This document shows, in pieces, positions 1 to 13,490 of a DNA stretch of 64,000 nucleotides; positions within the stretch are counted from its first letter, which is position 1, and each line of letters starts with the position of its first letter. The notes under the pieces were generated by a model. That model was not told the origin of the DNA. It did not search any database and was given only the letters and a program-made list of their open reading frames with translations. Source of the DNA: Rhizophagus irregularis (Eukaryota). A program made the translations under genes and the position numbers. Location: the NCBI RefSeq assembly GCF_026210795.1, contig NC_089432.1, forward strand, positions 4,030,001-4,094,000, written 5' to 3'.

Positions 1-22
1 TAATGACGTCATTTATTATTAG

Positions 23-1493
23 GTATCGTTCCACGTGCTATAAGTAAATTATTTGCCGTCCTTAACAAACGAAAAGAAAAAAATCCTACCTTTGATTTTG
101 AAGTTTATGTATCATTCTTAGAATTATATAATGAAGATCTTATAGACTTACTAAACCCACCATGTAGAGAAAATAATAAAAAAGGAAAGAGTGATTTAAT
201 GATAAGAGAAGATGTAAATAGTCAAATATATTGGGCTGGTATAAAAGAAGTTCAAGTTTCGGATCCAGTTGAACTCTTAGGGTATGTTTATATTACGTTT
301 ATAATATGTTATATAAAATATACATATAATTTATCAATTTATCAAAATTTTTTAGACAATTACAAAAGGGTTCACTGTGTCGAACTGTCGCTTCAACAGA
401 TATGAATATGGAATCTTCAAGATCACACGCTATATTTTCCGTAATACTGAAACAAACAAGAGTAGAAAATTTAGAAGAAAATAAAGAAAATGATGCTCCA
501 CCACCTGAAACTTTAACCGCTTCAAAAAGAAAGAGTAAACAAAAATCATTAACATCAAAAATAATTTCAAAATTTCATTTCGTAGATTTGGCTGGTTCTG
601 AAAGGGTAATGTATTTAATATATATATATATATTTCTTTCTTAATATTCTTGATTATTTTCTTAAATATTAATAAATTTTTTTTTTTACATAAATAGTTA
701 AATAGAACTAACGCCGTAGGTGATAGAGCAAAAGAAGGAATAGCAATTAATGGTAGTTTACTAGCCCTTGGTAATGTAATTAGTGCTCTTGGTGATGAAT
801 CAAGAAAGGTCACTCATATTCCTTATAGAGATTCAAAATTAACACGTTTATTACAAGATTCACTTGGTGGTAATAGTCAAACTCTTATGTTGGCTTGTGT
901 TTCACCAGTTGATTCTAATTTTATGGAAACCTTAAATACACTAAAATATGCTAATCGTGCTCGTAATATTAAGAATAAAGTTAGTGTTAATGAAAGTTAT
1001 GGTGGTAATTCTATTGAAATAAATCAATTACGTGGTCAAATAAGTAGATTAAAGATGGAAATTCAAACTTTACGAGCTGGTGGTTGTAATGAAGAAACAA
1101 GTCGTAAACATGAAGAAGAAATTAAGGTTCTTAAAGGAGAATTAGGAATGACAAAAATGAAACTTCAAAGTGTTGAACAAGAACTTATCTCTACAAAAGC
1201 TGAAAAGAACTCTCTTTTAATGGAAATTAGTTTTAATGATCAAGATCTTTCAGATGCTGATCGTGAACATAGGATTAAAACTCATCGTATCGTTCAAGGT
1301 TATGAATCAGAAATTAAAGATCTTAAAGATCAAATTTCTGAACTTTTAGCTACTCAAGCTTCTCAACATTCACGTAAATCTTCTTTGGCTGGAACAACAA
1401 CAGGAAGAGAGAAAGGTCATATCAAATTCTCCGATCCTCATAAATATTCATCTGATGAAGATATTCATAATTTTAATAATCATAATAATAATC

Positions 1494-1555
<62 letters not shown>

Positions 1556-4500
1556 GAGAATAATAATAATAAAGAGAATAATAATAATAAAGAGAATAGT
1601 GAGAAGAAAGGTAAAAAGAAGAAGAAACGTTCTTCGAAGAAAAGTAAGACAAGAGCTGACTTCCCAGTTTCTGATGAAACTTCTACTACTAAAATTTCAC
1701 TTATTGGCCCTTCCTCATCTCATCATCAACTTGAACATGTCGTAAATGATCAAAGTTTGGAAGAAGCTAAATCCTTATTCACACCATATGAAGAAGTCGA
1801 AGAAAATATTGAAGAAGATGGTGAAGATGGTGAAAATGTTGATAGTGAATCATTCAAATTTACTCGAAAATTGAGAAGGCGTAGCAAGACAAGAGATAAG
1901 CTTCAAAAGGCCAAGGAACAATTTAGACAAAGTTACATGATAATAAAGAATCAATTAATAAAACAACCTTCATCAACTAGGAGAACTAAGAGTGAGAGTT
2001 ATATTGATCAAATGATTTCCAATCATCAAAAAGAAAAAAGAAGATTAAGCAGTGTATCTTTCAGTGAAATTCAAACCATTGAAGCACCAGAATGGCAAGA
2101 ATCTAATCCACAACCACCACAACCTACTCGTCGTACTTCAAATTCAAGTCGTTCTGTTAGTTTCTCCGATCGACCAATTTCTCCTGGTTCAACTGAATAT
2201 TCTCAAGATAGCACTGATTGCTCATCTCAACAACAAAATGTTATTGCTCTTACCCGTATGTTACATCAAATTCAAGCTGATATGGTTGTTAAAGAACAAC
2301 TCGTTTCACAATTGGAATGTGCTGAACAAGAATATATTAATATGAGAGCTCAATATGAACAAAAATTGGCTGATATGCAAGACGCTTTAATTACCTTACA
2401 ACAAGAAAGAAATGCTGCTATTAAACGTGCTCAAAATGCTAGTACTGGCGTTAGTACTCGTGATAAGAATTCAATCCTTGCCGAACTTAAAACTCGTTAT
2501 GAACACAAGATGAAACGTTTAATCCAAGAAATTGGTGAACTTCGTAGAAAATATAATGAAGCTACTCAATCTAATACCACATCAAGGGATCGAAATGAAA
2601 CAATACTCAAGAGTATGCGTGCTCAAATTGAACAACTAAAAAGTGAAAAGATGCAAATGATGAAGCGTATGAAGGATGAAGCTAAACGAGTCCGTGAAAT
2701 GACTGAACATAATCAACGTGAAATTCAAAATCTTCGTCGTAAAGGAAAATCTGCTCAAGAACAAAAGAAACGTTTTGAAAGAACTAGTGAAATGCAAAAA
2801 ATCATGCTTGAAAAGAGACAGAAAGAAGTTTTACAAACAAATAGTAAACTTAAATCAGTTATGGCCTTACTCAAACGAACCACTACTCCAAAGTCAATCA
2901 CCAAGGCTATCCGTAATCACAAACGACAATCAATATCTAATGATGATAACAGAAAGGAATCGAGACGATCCTCCGATGATTTTAGTCCTATCTATGATGA
3001 AGTATTTGCCAGTGGTTATGATAAGAAAAAACTTCTTAATGAAGCAATCTATAAATATATTAGTGGTCGTCAAACATTGACAATGATGGATGAATGGATC
3101 GTTAATAGAAATAATTTACAAGAAGAGAAGAATGAATTACTTGAAGAACGTGAAAAAATAATTACTAGTGAAGTTGGAAATGAGTTAGGAGGAGATGTTC
3201 AAGCATTAGATGATAAGATTGAGATGATCACCTCGGAAATTGCTTATATTAATGCTAAGATTCATTCTTTACAATCAAGTATTGCCGCCAAACAAGAAGA
3301 AAAATCTGCTGAAAATAGCAAAGAATCTGAAGATAAATCACGAAAGAATAGTATCAAGTCTAGTAAAATTGAAAAGAAACTTTCTTTCATCTTACCAGAA
3401 AATGCCACACCTAAAGCATCATATGACGTTGCTGTTCGCATTCTACGAAATTTGGATGAATTTGAAAGGTATACAATATTAGAATCCTTCTTTAAGGATA
3501 TTATTGATCTTCGAACTGGAGATTATTCTCGACAAATGACCTTAGAACAACAAGAAAAGATAATTATGGAATTAAGAAAAACTTTATTGGCCATGCGAAG
3601 AGCTGCAGTTCTTACAACAAGTGAATTCGAAAAGAAAAACAGAGAACTTGAAGAAGCTTTACGTCTCGGTGGAAGATCACTAAGTCCATCAACGGAAAAG
3701 AGAGAATTGCAGATGGATGATAATGAAAATAGTACTTCCAATGCCATTTCTTTATTTGATCATAAATTAGATCAAGCTTATGCAGAAGTCGAAGCTGAAA
3801 TATCAGGAACTTCTGGTCAAATGGGATCATTATCAAGATGCAATTCATTATCTGCAAGTTCAGTGAATACTGGTAAGAATAGAGCAAATTTTTCAAGACC
3901 GCCAATACCTCCCGGTTGGTTAAATCTTCAACCACGTGAAAAAGTACTCGAACAAACTAATGAAACGACGCCGGACGTTCCAACAAATCCAAGAAGAAAA
4001 GATTCTGGAAATAGTGAATCTAGTGGTGATAACAATAATAATGTAAAGAGAAGGAGTTTAAGTGGTCGAAGATTAAAGAGACCATCTGATGGTCCATCTA
4101 CACCATCTACACTATCTACATCATCAACACCAAAAGATGAGAATATTTCTCCTTTAGAACGTACAAGATCACTTAATAGTCAACCTTTAGAACGCACAAG
4201 ATCACTCAATAGTCAACCTTTAGAACGTACAAGGTCCATTGGTCAACCTTTGGAACGTACTAGATCCAGTGATCAACATTTAGAACGCGCCAGAGCTGGT
4301 GTTCAACTTTCAAGTTCACGACGAAGTTCGCTTTGTGATGGGTCAACAATTCTTGCATAGTCGACAAAGTTGTTCAACAAGCATGGGTTTCCACTTAGAA
4401 TTTGGCGATTGTCCACGTGATAGTGGATATTTTAGCAGCGGTGATAAGCGAAGATCACAAAGCAGTATGGCACGACGAGGTACCAAAGATATAACAGCAG

Positions 4501-4683
4501 CATATCATATGCGACAAAGTTCATATGGACGTAGTTCACCCGATAGCGATGATGCAGCAAGCGTAACAAGTACGACCAGTGAACGTGAAAAACGTGCATT
4601 AATGCGGTATTATTTAAATAGTTACGTTACGATTTGTTGATACCGTTACGGTATGGTTGTTTATTTACAGTTATGATCACTAA
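23..4683 (+). CDS. Kinesin-4/KIF21/KIF27-like motor protein, 5' end outside the window
   Basis: Exons 23-281, 356-605 and 698 onward with GT-AG introns give the motor motifs [45 protein letters not shown] and [12 protein letters not shown], then a long coiled coil. The ORF stops at 4360 but coding-like sequence continues in the +1 frame to 4606, with a possible last exon at 4671-4683. Confidence 0.9.
1473..1590 (+). repeat. (AAT)n trinucleotide repeat encoding poly-Asn in the kinesin stalk
   Basis: Run of AAT codons followed by AAAGAG(AAT)n units (NNNN...[15 protein letters not shown]). Confidence 0.95.
4150..4295 (+). repeat. Five copies of a PLERTRS peptide repeat in the kinesin tail
   Basis: cctttagaacgtacaagatc-like unit repeated about every 30-36 nt. 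Confidence 0.85.
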
Positions 4684-5073
4684 TTTGCCGGTATGATAAT
4701 TCATTTACTAATCGTATCGTACCTGTTCTGTCCGTAATACTGTATATATTACTTCTACTAAAGTTACAGGTATGATACGAAATTACATATACAAAGGATC
4801 ATTCATACCTGTAATATCATAAAATTTACACAAGCGTCCAACTGATAATTAAAGACGAAGCTGAAGTCACCCAACTAAAAGTAAGGATAAACAGTTTATA
4901 AAACGAAAAATAATTATAATTTATTACTTTCAAATAGTTTGAAATCTTGATATTTTTATATTTGTGATAAAGCAGTTAATTGAGATTTTTATTGTAATTT
5001 ACGAACTATATAATAAAATTGCCGAATTTACTTTATTTGCTGTATACAAATTTTGATTGATATTATGCATTTA

Positions 5074-6156
5074 TAATGATCAAGAATATAAAAAATTGGT
5101 GGAGATAAAGAAAAAAGCGAGAGGAATACTAAATGATAAAAAAATCATAGGAACGATAAATCATCAAATTGACATAGTAGAAGAAGCACTATTAGTATTT
5201 GAATTTGGAATAAAAAGATTGGCAATCGACTTTGGAATTTGTCAGTAATCGTATTAATTTTACTCAAAGACAATGTAACCAAAAAGATACGAGAGATAGA
5301 TCGTATCGAATAAAATTTACTTAAAGAATTACCGGCCTACGATACTCTACTTAAAAGAAACACGAATAAAATAGAAAGTGATTTATGTAAAAGATGCGAA
5401 AAGAACGAGAAAGAAAATTGGGAACATATTTGGCTATGCGAAGCGAACGAGTCTACGATCGATGAAATTACACAAGAATCAATATATAGATTCGAAAGAC
5501 AACTAGAAGATAAAAATCAACACGATGAAATTAAAATTTTAAGAAATTATAATTTTGAATATTAGAACAACCTTCGATAGTTCTGAGAGGAAAAAGCTGA
5601 ATATGGGAAATTTTAAGAGGAGTATATAATGACAACTTTAATAAATTAACGAATAAAAAAGAAGAAAAGGCCGTAATCAAAAATTTATGGAATTTCGTTT
5701 ACGATGAATTCAAAAAAAGAACCTGGATACCTAGATGTGATGAAATGAGCGCAAAGATGATATACAGAAGATAGATCTACGATAAAGGAAAAGCAGAACG
5801 GATGATGATTTAGCGTTAGATAAGGAAAAAGAAAACAAAAAACAGAAGAAAAATTAAAAAAAATAGAAAAAAATAAAATCAGCCAAAATATTAAAAGGTA
5901 ACGTTAAATAGATTAATAGGAACGATAACGGAAGGATCTCGTATTAGTAATAGATGGGATTTAACGATCAAAATGTATTAATTATTAGGTTTTTATTGTT
6001 ATTAGGTAATATTAGTGTAGTTATTTTTTTTTTTGTATATATGTTTTGAATACTTAGTTATAGGGATTAGATTTTCTAAGCTCTGGTTTTAAATAATTAT
6101 CTAATTTTTTATAAATTTAAATAATTAATAAAACGCGTTTCTATTTAAAAAAAAAA
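5074..6156 (+). mobile_element. 5'-truncated, degraded non-LTR retrotransposon (LINE 3' end)
   Basis: 18-bp target-site duplication ATTGATATTA(T/C)GCATTTA at 5056-5073 and 6157-6174; AATAAA at 6127 and poly(A) at 6147-6157. Broken frames encode LLKELPAYDTL..CKRCEKNEKENWEHIWLC, resembling the C-terminal zinc finger of LINE ORF2. Confidence 0.85.
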
Positions 6157-6394
6157 ATTGATATTACGCATTTAAAGATTACTATCTAAATTTGAATTAT
6201 GTAATAGAAAAATAGAAAAAGTAATAGAGAAGAAAATATTAAAGAGAAATATCGTGAGAAAGAGAATTTTAATCAACAAAGCATCATATTATAATCAGCG
6301 ATAATTGTGATTTGTGATATGCAATTACTATTATTATTCGATTTTAATTGTTTTAAAATCTATCATAGTTGTTATCAAATCGTAACATCAATAT

Positions 6395-6638
6395 TTAATT
6401 CGTGATTCATTTAAGAAGCGGAGAAAATTCATATATATTTTCGGGGGAATGTGGCCGGCTCACCTGTCTAATAGTTATTCCATGAGGGTATAAAGAACAT
6501 TTGGATTCCAAGCGCATTTTCTAGTATCTTTCCCGCCCATGAAAATGAATATAATAACAACACTGTCTACCACTCGAGTCTTTATGGATTCCAAATTATA
6601 GAAAATTTTCACTGTTTCTTGGACGAATCACGAATTAA
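6395..6638. mobile_element. MITE with ~38-bp imperfect TIRs
   Basis: ttaattcgtgattcatttaagaagcggagaaaatt is the inverse of aattttcactgtttcttggacgaatcacgaattaa; flanked by AATAT on both sides (alternatively TTAA-bounded). Confidence 0.7.
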
Positions 6639-7575
6639 AATATTAAATTAATAATTAAATTATTAGTATGATTAGTATCATGTCCATTCGTACCTGTATA
6701 TTATTAATAGTACCTTACCTTTTAGTATACAATATATACTGTATACTCGCATTAATGTCACATTCTTACACATACAAGATCAGAAACACCGACAGGAGGA
6801 TAATGTTGATCGTTTACAAACACATTTGAGTTCAGTAACGGTGAGAGACATGGTAGTGTCGCAAGTGTTACCAGTGTCTCCACTCTCCAGTGTCTCCAGT
6901 GGATGGTGTGGAAGATACTTTAGCAGCATTAGAAGGGAGGCGAGAAGAATATGGTGAATCGTCTGAACTAAAAGTAAAAGCTCAATTTATTAATCTTAGA
7001 ATTACTAATATAGTAATATTAGATTTTTAATTCTCTCGAAATTTAATATCTTTTTCAGACTACTCTCGGGACATTTAATAATTCTTTGTTCATATTAAAA
7101 TTTATTTGTAGATGTAAGTGTATTTTTATTTTCTTTTTTATTATTTTTTCTTTCTTTTTCTTTTATTTCTTTTGTCCTTTTTCTCCTTCTTTTCTTATCA
7201 TTCCACAACCATAGATAGTAACCAAAAAAAAATAGTTATTTTTTTTTTTAAAAAAAACAGGTTTTTTTTGATTTTTTTTTCGAGACAAAAACAATTATTT
7301 TTTTTTTGGTTAGGGATTAACTTTTTTTTAAAAAAAATTATTCCTCACCATGGGTGAGATTTGATATTAGCCCAGGTCAAATAAATTGTCAAAAATGTCA
7401 AAAATGGTATTTATGACCTTTGTAAAGGTTTTAACAAAGGTAGGATTATTTAAAACACGCAACAGGAGATTTATTATGAGGAATTGATAAAATACATTGA
7501 AATGAGAAATTGGGATTAGATTTAATAGTTATTAGTATAGATGAAATTTTTTCTTTGTTAATCACCATAATAGTG

Positions 7576-7720
7576 TAGTAAGTCGAAAAATAACTAGCCG
7601 CAACGTGATCCGGACCCGGCTCAGGCGTGGATCGTCGTGGAATTCCAAGGGATTTTCTGCGATTAAACCGGGTCCGGATGATCGGCAATCAGGAATTAGG
7701 CTCCGTTTTTCGGCTAACTA
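7576..7720. mobile_element. Small GC-rich foldback/MITE-like element
   Basis: Perfect inner 12-bp inverted repeat atccggacccgg (7608-7619)/ccgggtccggat (7668-7679); imperfect outer IR tagtaagtcgaaaaa/tttttcggctaacta. Confidence 0.55.
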
Positions 7721-8515
7721 ATCACATACCATTTTTAATTTATTTCATAATAAAAAAAAGTTGACTCAAAAAAATTCAAATAAAATTGGAAATCGTTTCC
7801 TATTTTTAATTTATTTTCTCTAAAAAGTGTTTTTATAAATTCAAATATTCATGTCTTTATTCTTCTTTTTGTAAAAGAACTTCTCAATATCTCACTATAT
7901 AGTTGCATTTTATGATGATTTTGTAAATTCTAATTTTGAAAAAAAGATACGATCATTAAAATTTTAGTTAAAAAGGTCTTAGTAAAAATAATACTTATAA
8001 GGGTTTTAAAAATATGTAGTGTTCATTTTTACATATGGGACCTTCAGTTATCAAAAAAAAAAAACCTATCAAATGGATCTTATTGAAAAAAAAAGAGGAC
8101 TATACATTTTATAATAGATGGAATAGAAAATCAGGATAATTTTATAGATAATAATAAATAAAGTATTTCAATTATTATATTATAAATAAAAAAATTCTGA
8201 TTAATAAATTTCTTGCCAAATTTATTCATTTTTTTCATTGGCTATAATTTGTTGTAATTAATAAAAAGAAAATCCGTTGAAAAATAGAAGGTTCGAGGTA
8301 AGTCTCAATGTGCTTCCATTATTAATAGGTATGTTAGATCGAAAATGTCTTCTTACGATTATGTTTAATTACAAAAGTAAGTATATATAATAAAATAGGT
8401 AAAAATTTAACTATCATTATTTTAGGGCAATGTATTTAAATTTTTATAAAAATAAATACTGTAAACTAATGATCTAAAATTTTAAAATTTGAATGAGAAA
8501 AGTTTATTAAAAAAC

Positions 8516-10704
8516 TTATTTTTTTTGAAGTCTTTTTAAATTATTTTTTGCTTTCTCAAGTCCTTGTTTGGCAGATTTTTCATACCAATAAATCGCTTTA
8601 TCTATATCTTTTGCAATTCCATCTCCTTTTTCATACATTAAAGCAAGATTATTTTGTGCTATATCATGTCCTAAATTTGCAGCATCTTGATATAATTCAA
8701 ATGCTTTTTGTTTATCAATTTTAGTTCCAACACCATTACTATGGCAGTATCCTAACATCATTAATCCCGGTATATGTCCTTCTTCAGCTGATTGCTTTAA
8801 CAATTCAAAAGCTTTATTATAATCTTTTTCAACACCCATTCCATTTTTATATGAAATACCAAGATTATACACTGCATCTATAATTCCATTATTTGCAGCT
8901 TTTTCATAATATTCAAAAGCTAATTTTTCATTTATTATAGTTCCATATCCATGATCATAACACAAACCAACAAAATTTTGTGCTAATGTATGATTATTTT
9001 CTGATGCTTTAATAAACAAATTAAATGCTTTATCATCATTGTTACTTGTTATAATTCCATAATAATTAAAATATCCAAGAATAAAAATAGAATTTGAACT
9101 ATTTTGATTATTTAATAACCAATTATAAAATTCTTGTGAATTTAAATTATGATTATTAAAATATTCAATAACTTGCTGCTTTAATAATTTCAAACCGATT
9201 CCTTTATTTTCTAATTTATAAATAAAATCATTTATTTCATCAACTATAATATTAAAATCTTTTTCAGTTGAAAGATTTTCTTGTTTACTTGATATTGCCA
9301 TAGAATCAATTTCTTTAGTATTCATTTTATCAAAATTTTGAATAAGTTGAGATAAATCTCCTTGTAATTCTGAACTATTAGTACTTAAAGAAGTCTCATT
9401 AAGTTCTTGTTCATTTGATATTTCATGATTTTCTACTATTACATCTGATTTTGTAATTATTGCATTTAGCCAATCAACTACTTGATATATTGTTGGACGA
9501 TTATCTGGTTCCCCATCCCAACATTCTAAACCAAACGTAATTTAGAATTAATAATATTTAGAATATAAAATTTAAAAATTAAAATATTACTCACCGGTAT
9601 AAATTTTAATATATTCTTCAGGAGTATCAGGAACAACAGTTTCTCTAAGCCCTTGTAAAATTTCCACAGCTAAACCAATATCATATTCTTCACCCTCAAC
9701 ATAAAAAGGAGGCTGCCCACTAGATATTTCCCAAAATAATACGCCTATACTATAAATGTCACTTTTTTCATTTAATGAGTACATTTGTGTTGATTGGTTA
9801 TTATTTCTTCGTCTACTAAAGCTTTTTGGATCGACATAAGGAACCACACCAAATAATTTAGATTGAAGATTAAACGATGCTCCAATTCTTTTAGATAATC
9901 CAAAATCTGCTAATTTGATTGTGTTATTACGGACTAGTATATTACAGGAGTGCTATTAAAAAAACATATATATATATTCAATTTTTTTTAATTAATAATA
10001 CAAATACATTATGATTAATGATTAAATAATGTTAAATAAATTACTAAATCACGATGCACTATTTTTTCATTATGTAAGCATGATACGGCACAAGATAACT
10101 GGTATGCCATATTATATTTGTCATCCCAAGTAAGCTTGTTAAAATTTTTCTTTAAATAACTTCGAAGAGTACCACCGTCGGCGTATTCCAATACTAACCG
10201 ATAAATATTATGATTTTCTAATGAATAAAAGAAGTAATTACTAAATGAACTTTTGTAAAATTTTGCGATTAAAAGAATATTATATTTATCAATGTGATGT
10301 TAATAATACCTAACTCAAGTTTTGTTACTCCATAGCAACTAATAATGTTATCATGGAAATCAACTTTGCGTTGAATTTTTAACTGAATAAAAAAATAAAA
10401 TATTTGAAATAAATATATTAGATAAATTCATAGACGAAAAAAAATGTATTATACTGCATTAAAATACCTCACGAACGATTTCTTTCATGGTGAAGTTATT
10501 AAGACTAATAAACGATTTTAATGCAACTAGTTTTCCTGAATTTTTCCAATTTGCACGATATACGTTTCCGAAAGCTCCAGTACCAATATGTTGAATATTA
10601 TTAAATTCTTCATATTCATAAAAATTTAAATATTCTTTATCAACAGCTTCTTCAATCCAATTGATCCATTCATTTGTATTATTTGTATTTTCGGTATCTT
10701 GCAT
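8516..10704 (-). CDS. TKL-like protein kinase with C-terminal SEL1-like repeats (copy 1, 5 exons)
   Basis: Exons 10704-10468, 10382-10310, 10217-10045, 9952-9595 and 9525-8516 splice in frame. Motifs GTGAFG, VALK, HRDLHSCN, DFG, DIYSIG; SEL1 repeats such as AQNNLALMYEKGDGIAKDIDKAIYWYEKSAKQG. Confidence 0.92.
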
Positions 10705-10789
10705 TTTGATATTATCGAACGTATTGAATAATAATAAGCTAACAGAAAGTTTTAAAAAAAAATGAGAAGCAAAAATTGTTAAAGTTTTA

Positions 10790-10950
10790 TTGTGTATGCC
10801 TATTATATAAATTTTTTTCTCCAAATAGTCCAAATAGTCGCACAACGTACAGCGTGATTTAATTTAGTATTACCAAACAAAAAAGTCAATCAGCAGCCAT
10901 GGTACCGCAGTACCGCAGCAGAACCGCAGTAACTTACATATAATAACGTC
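10790..10950 (-). promoter_or_regulatory. Conserved upstream module of the kinase-SEL1 genes
   Basis: TATA-like TATA(T/A)AATAGGC, GTACAGCGTGAT and repeated TACCGCAG. Similar motifs lie upstream of the paralogs (42750-42870, 49465-49560, 54789-54800, 61751-61890). Confidence 0.6.
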
Positions 10951-12699
10951 CGTTAAAATTTATTATTTATTTTTTTGCAAGATTTAAGAAAATTTTTTTT
11001 CTATAAAAAAATAAATCTGTTAAGAGATTATCAAAAAAAAAAATTATGATTTTTTTTTAACTTTAGTCTTACATACGAAATAGTTAAAAGTTTGTTAGAC
11101 TTGAAATCAATTTATTTATTATTTTGATGGTCAGATGACTCTCAAACTTCCATTCGAAGATAACGAAGATAAATCTGAAGGTATATTGAAAAATACTATA
11201 ACTTGTATTAATATTTTCAATTAAAAGTATTATAAGTCACAATTATTTTCGGTTCTATTATTAGAATATATACAACTTTTTTCATAGAAAGAAAATCATG
11301 ATAAATAAAATTTTTTATTACGTTATTTCACTTATTTGAATAAAATTGAATAAATGATTCCTATCACAATCATTCCAACAACATATTTGGAATTTTTTTT
11401 AAAATGTTTTATTATAAGATGAAAGAAAGAGTATTCTATTTATCAAAAAGTATCATTACAAAGTTTACATTTATATTGTTGTTTAGAATAATATAAATAT
11501 AATAAACGTTGCCTTTTTTTAAAAAAAAATTTAGAGGTTTTTTTTCATTTCTTTCATATTGAGAAAGTTTCAATTTCCAAATTAGAAATTTTCCATTCAT
11601 CAATTAAATGAATAAGGAGGATTATGATTTACAGCCAATTTTTTTGGTAAAATATATTATCAAATTTTGTTGCTATCACACTGTTAAAACTTCAATATTT
11701 GAAATATTTGAACAAGTTATTTTAATTGTATAAAAATATTATTCGATTAACGGTAGTGATAGAGTAATAAAATTCAGTAAAGAAAGAATTTTGAGTTTTA
11801 GTAAATAAATTCTTTTAAATTATTAACATCAACACTATTTTCATTTTAAACAAACTATAAATTGCACTTACATTATATTAACATTGTAATTTATCTTCGA
11901 AACTGAATTTCTGCTGCTTTTTGACACCAATGAAAGGCTTTTGAATTTTCAGATTCTATATTTTCCACACAAAATTCAAAAAACTTGTTATAGCCGGAAC
12001 ATTTTATATTTTCTAACGGTCATGTGACTATATTAATTAAGCCAATTTCATAGTATTATCTAATTTTTTTATAATTCTGGCCAGCGCTATAAATTTGACC
12101 TAAATTACCCAGAATCGAAAACTCGTTCAGTATATTTATATCTAACGGATTCAAAAAAAATCGAAAATGAAAAAATTATCATTATGCCAAATAATCTTAA
12201 ATTAAAAATAATATTACTATTATAATCTAATTTATACTCTACTTTTGCCAAAATTTGATTTATCTTCTTTTATAAATCACTTACATAAAAAATAATCCAT
12301 CAGTAAACGATTTATAAATTATTATAAAACTAACGCTAATTAACGTTTTAGATATGAAACTCTAATGTTATGAAAAATTAAATTCTTAGACTTTGAACGA
12401 TTAAAAGTTAAATTTTATTTAATTGGAAAATAAGTGAACGAAGTTATATCAGGAATGTAGTTATATTAAACTTCTACAAATTTAAATTACTGATATAGTA
12501 AATATTTCAATTTAAAAAATATACAATGATAGTATATACAGAATATGTTCAATTATAAAGATATAGTATATTAACCATAATTATATAAGACGGGTAAAAA
12601 TTTTAATAAATAAATTTATCAAATAAATATTGTAAATAAATTAAATGATTTAAAGTTTTACAATATGAGCAAAAAAAATTTTTTATAACTATTTTTTAA

Positions 12700-13490
12700 A
12701 GTATTTTTAATTTCTCATCCAAATCCTTGTTCGTCAGATTTTTCATACCAGTAACTTGCCTTATCTATATCTTTTGTAATTCCATCCCCATGTTCGTATT
12801 ATCAATTTTAGTTCCAGTACCATGAAAACAACAATATCCTAACAACATCATTCCTCTCCCTCAGCCAATTGCTTATACAATTCAAAAGCTTCATTATAAT
12901 CTTTTTCGTTGTCATAATAAACACCAAAGTTACATGTTGATATTAAATTCCATTATTTGTATCTTTTTCATTCCAATAAAGAGACTTTTTAAATCTCTTT
13001 AACAACCACCAACTTCTAATTGTCCACTTGGTAAATTTTTATTGGCCACTTTAATGTTCAAAGCTAATTCTTGATTTTTTTAGTTCCGTATCCATTATAA
13101 TAACAGTAACCAACAAAAAGTTGTACTAAAATATGATTTTTTTTTCTTGATGCATCAATAAAAAATTAAATGCTTTCTTACGATCGATCTTTCTTAAAAT
13201 TCCATAATAATTACGTATAAAATAGAATTTGAACTATTTTACTCTTTTTATTACTTGTTAACAAACTATAAATTTTTCGTAAATATTTTAGGGTCTGATC
13301 TAGAAAAATCGAGATAAGGGAATTTTTTGGTTGAAATTTAAAATTAATCTAGTCATATCAAAAAGTATAATCAATAAAAATCTTAATTTTGAAAAAAAAA
13401 TTCTCTAACTTTAATCTTCCTAGATCAGGCCCCTTAATATTCAATAATTCGTTTTTTAAGTCCTGACCAATTCCTTTATTATATAATTCA
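12700..13490 (-). pseudogene. Degraded SEL1-repeat exon of a kinase-SEL1 paralog
   Basis: Colinear with the last exon of the intact copies (GITKDIDKA..WYEKS, DYN.AFELYKQ, NHILVQLFVGYCY) but with many indels; interrupted by a MITE. Confidence 0.85.
13291..13433. mobile_element. PIF/Harbinger (Tourist)-like MITE inside the SEL1 pseudogene
   Basis: TIR gggtctgatctag...ctagatcaggcccc flanked by TTA; pseudogene homology resumes after it. Confidence 0.75.

Noticed and set aside
1455..3935. Small ORFs overlapping the kinesin (poly-Ile ORF and others)
   Set aside because: Alternate-frame or antisense shadows of the kinesin CDS and its AAT repeat.
7118..7688. Short ORFs at 7118 and 7446
   Set aside because: Low-complexity poly-T sequence or overlap with the GC-rich foldback; no coding signal.
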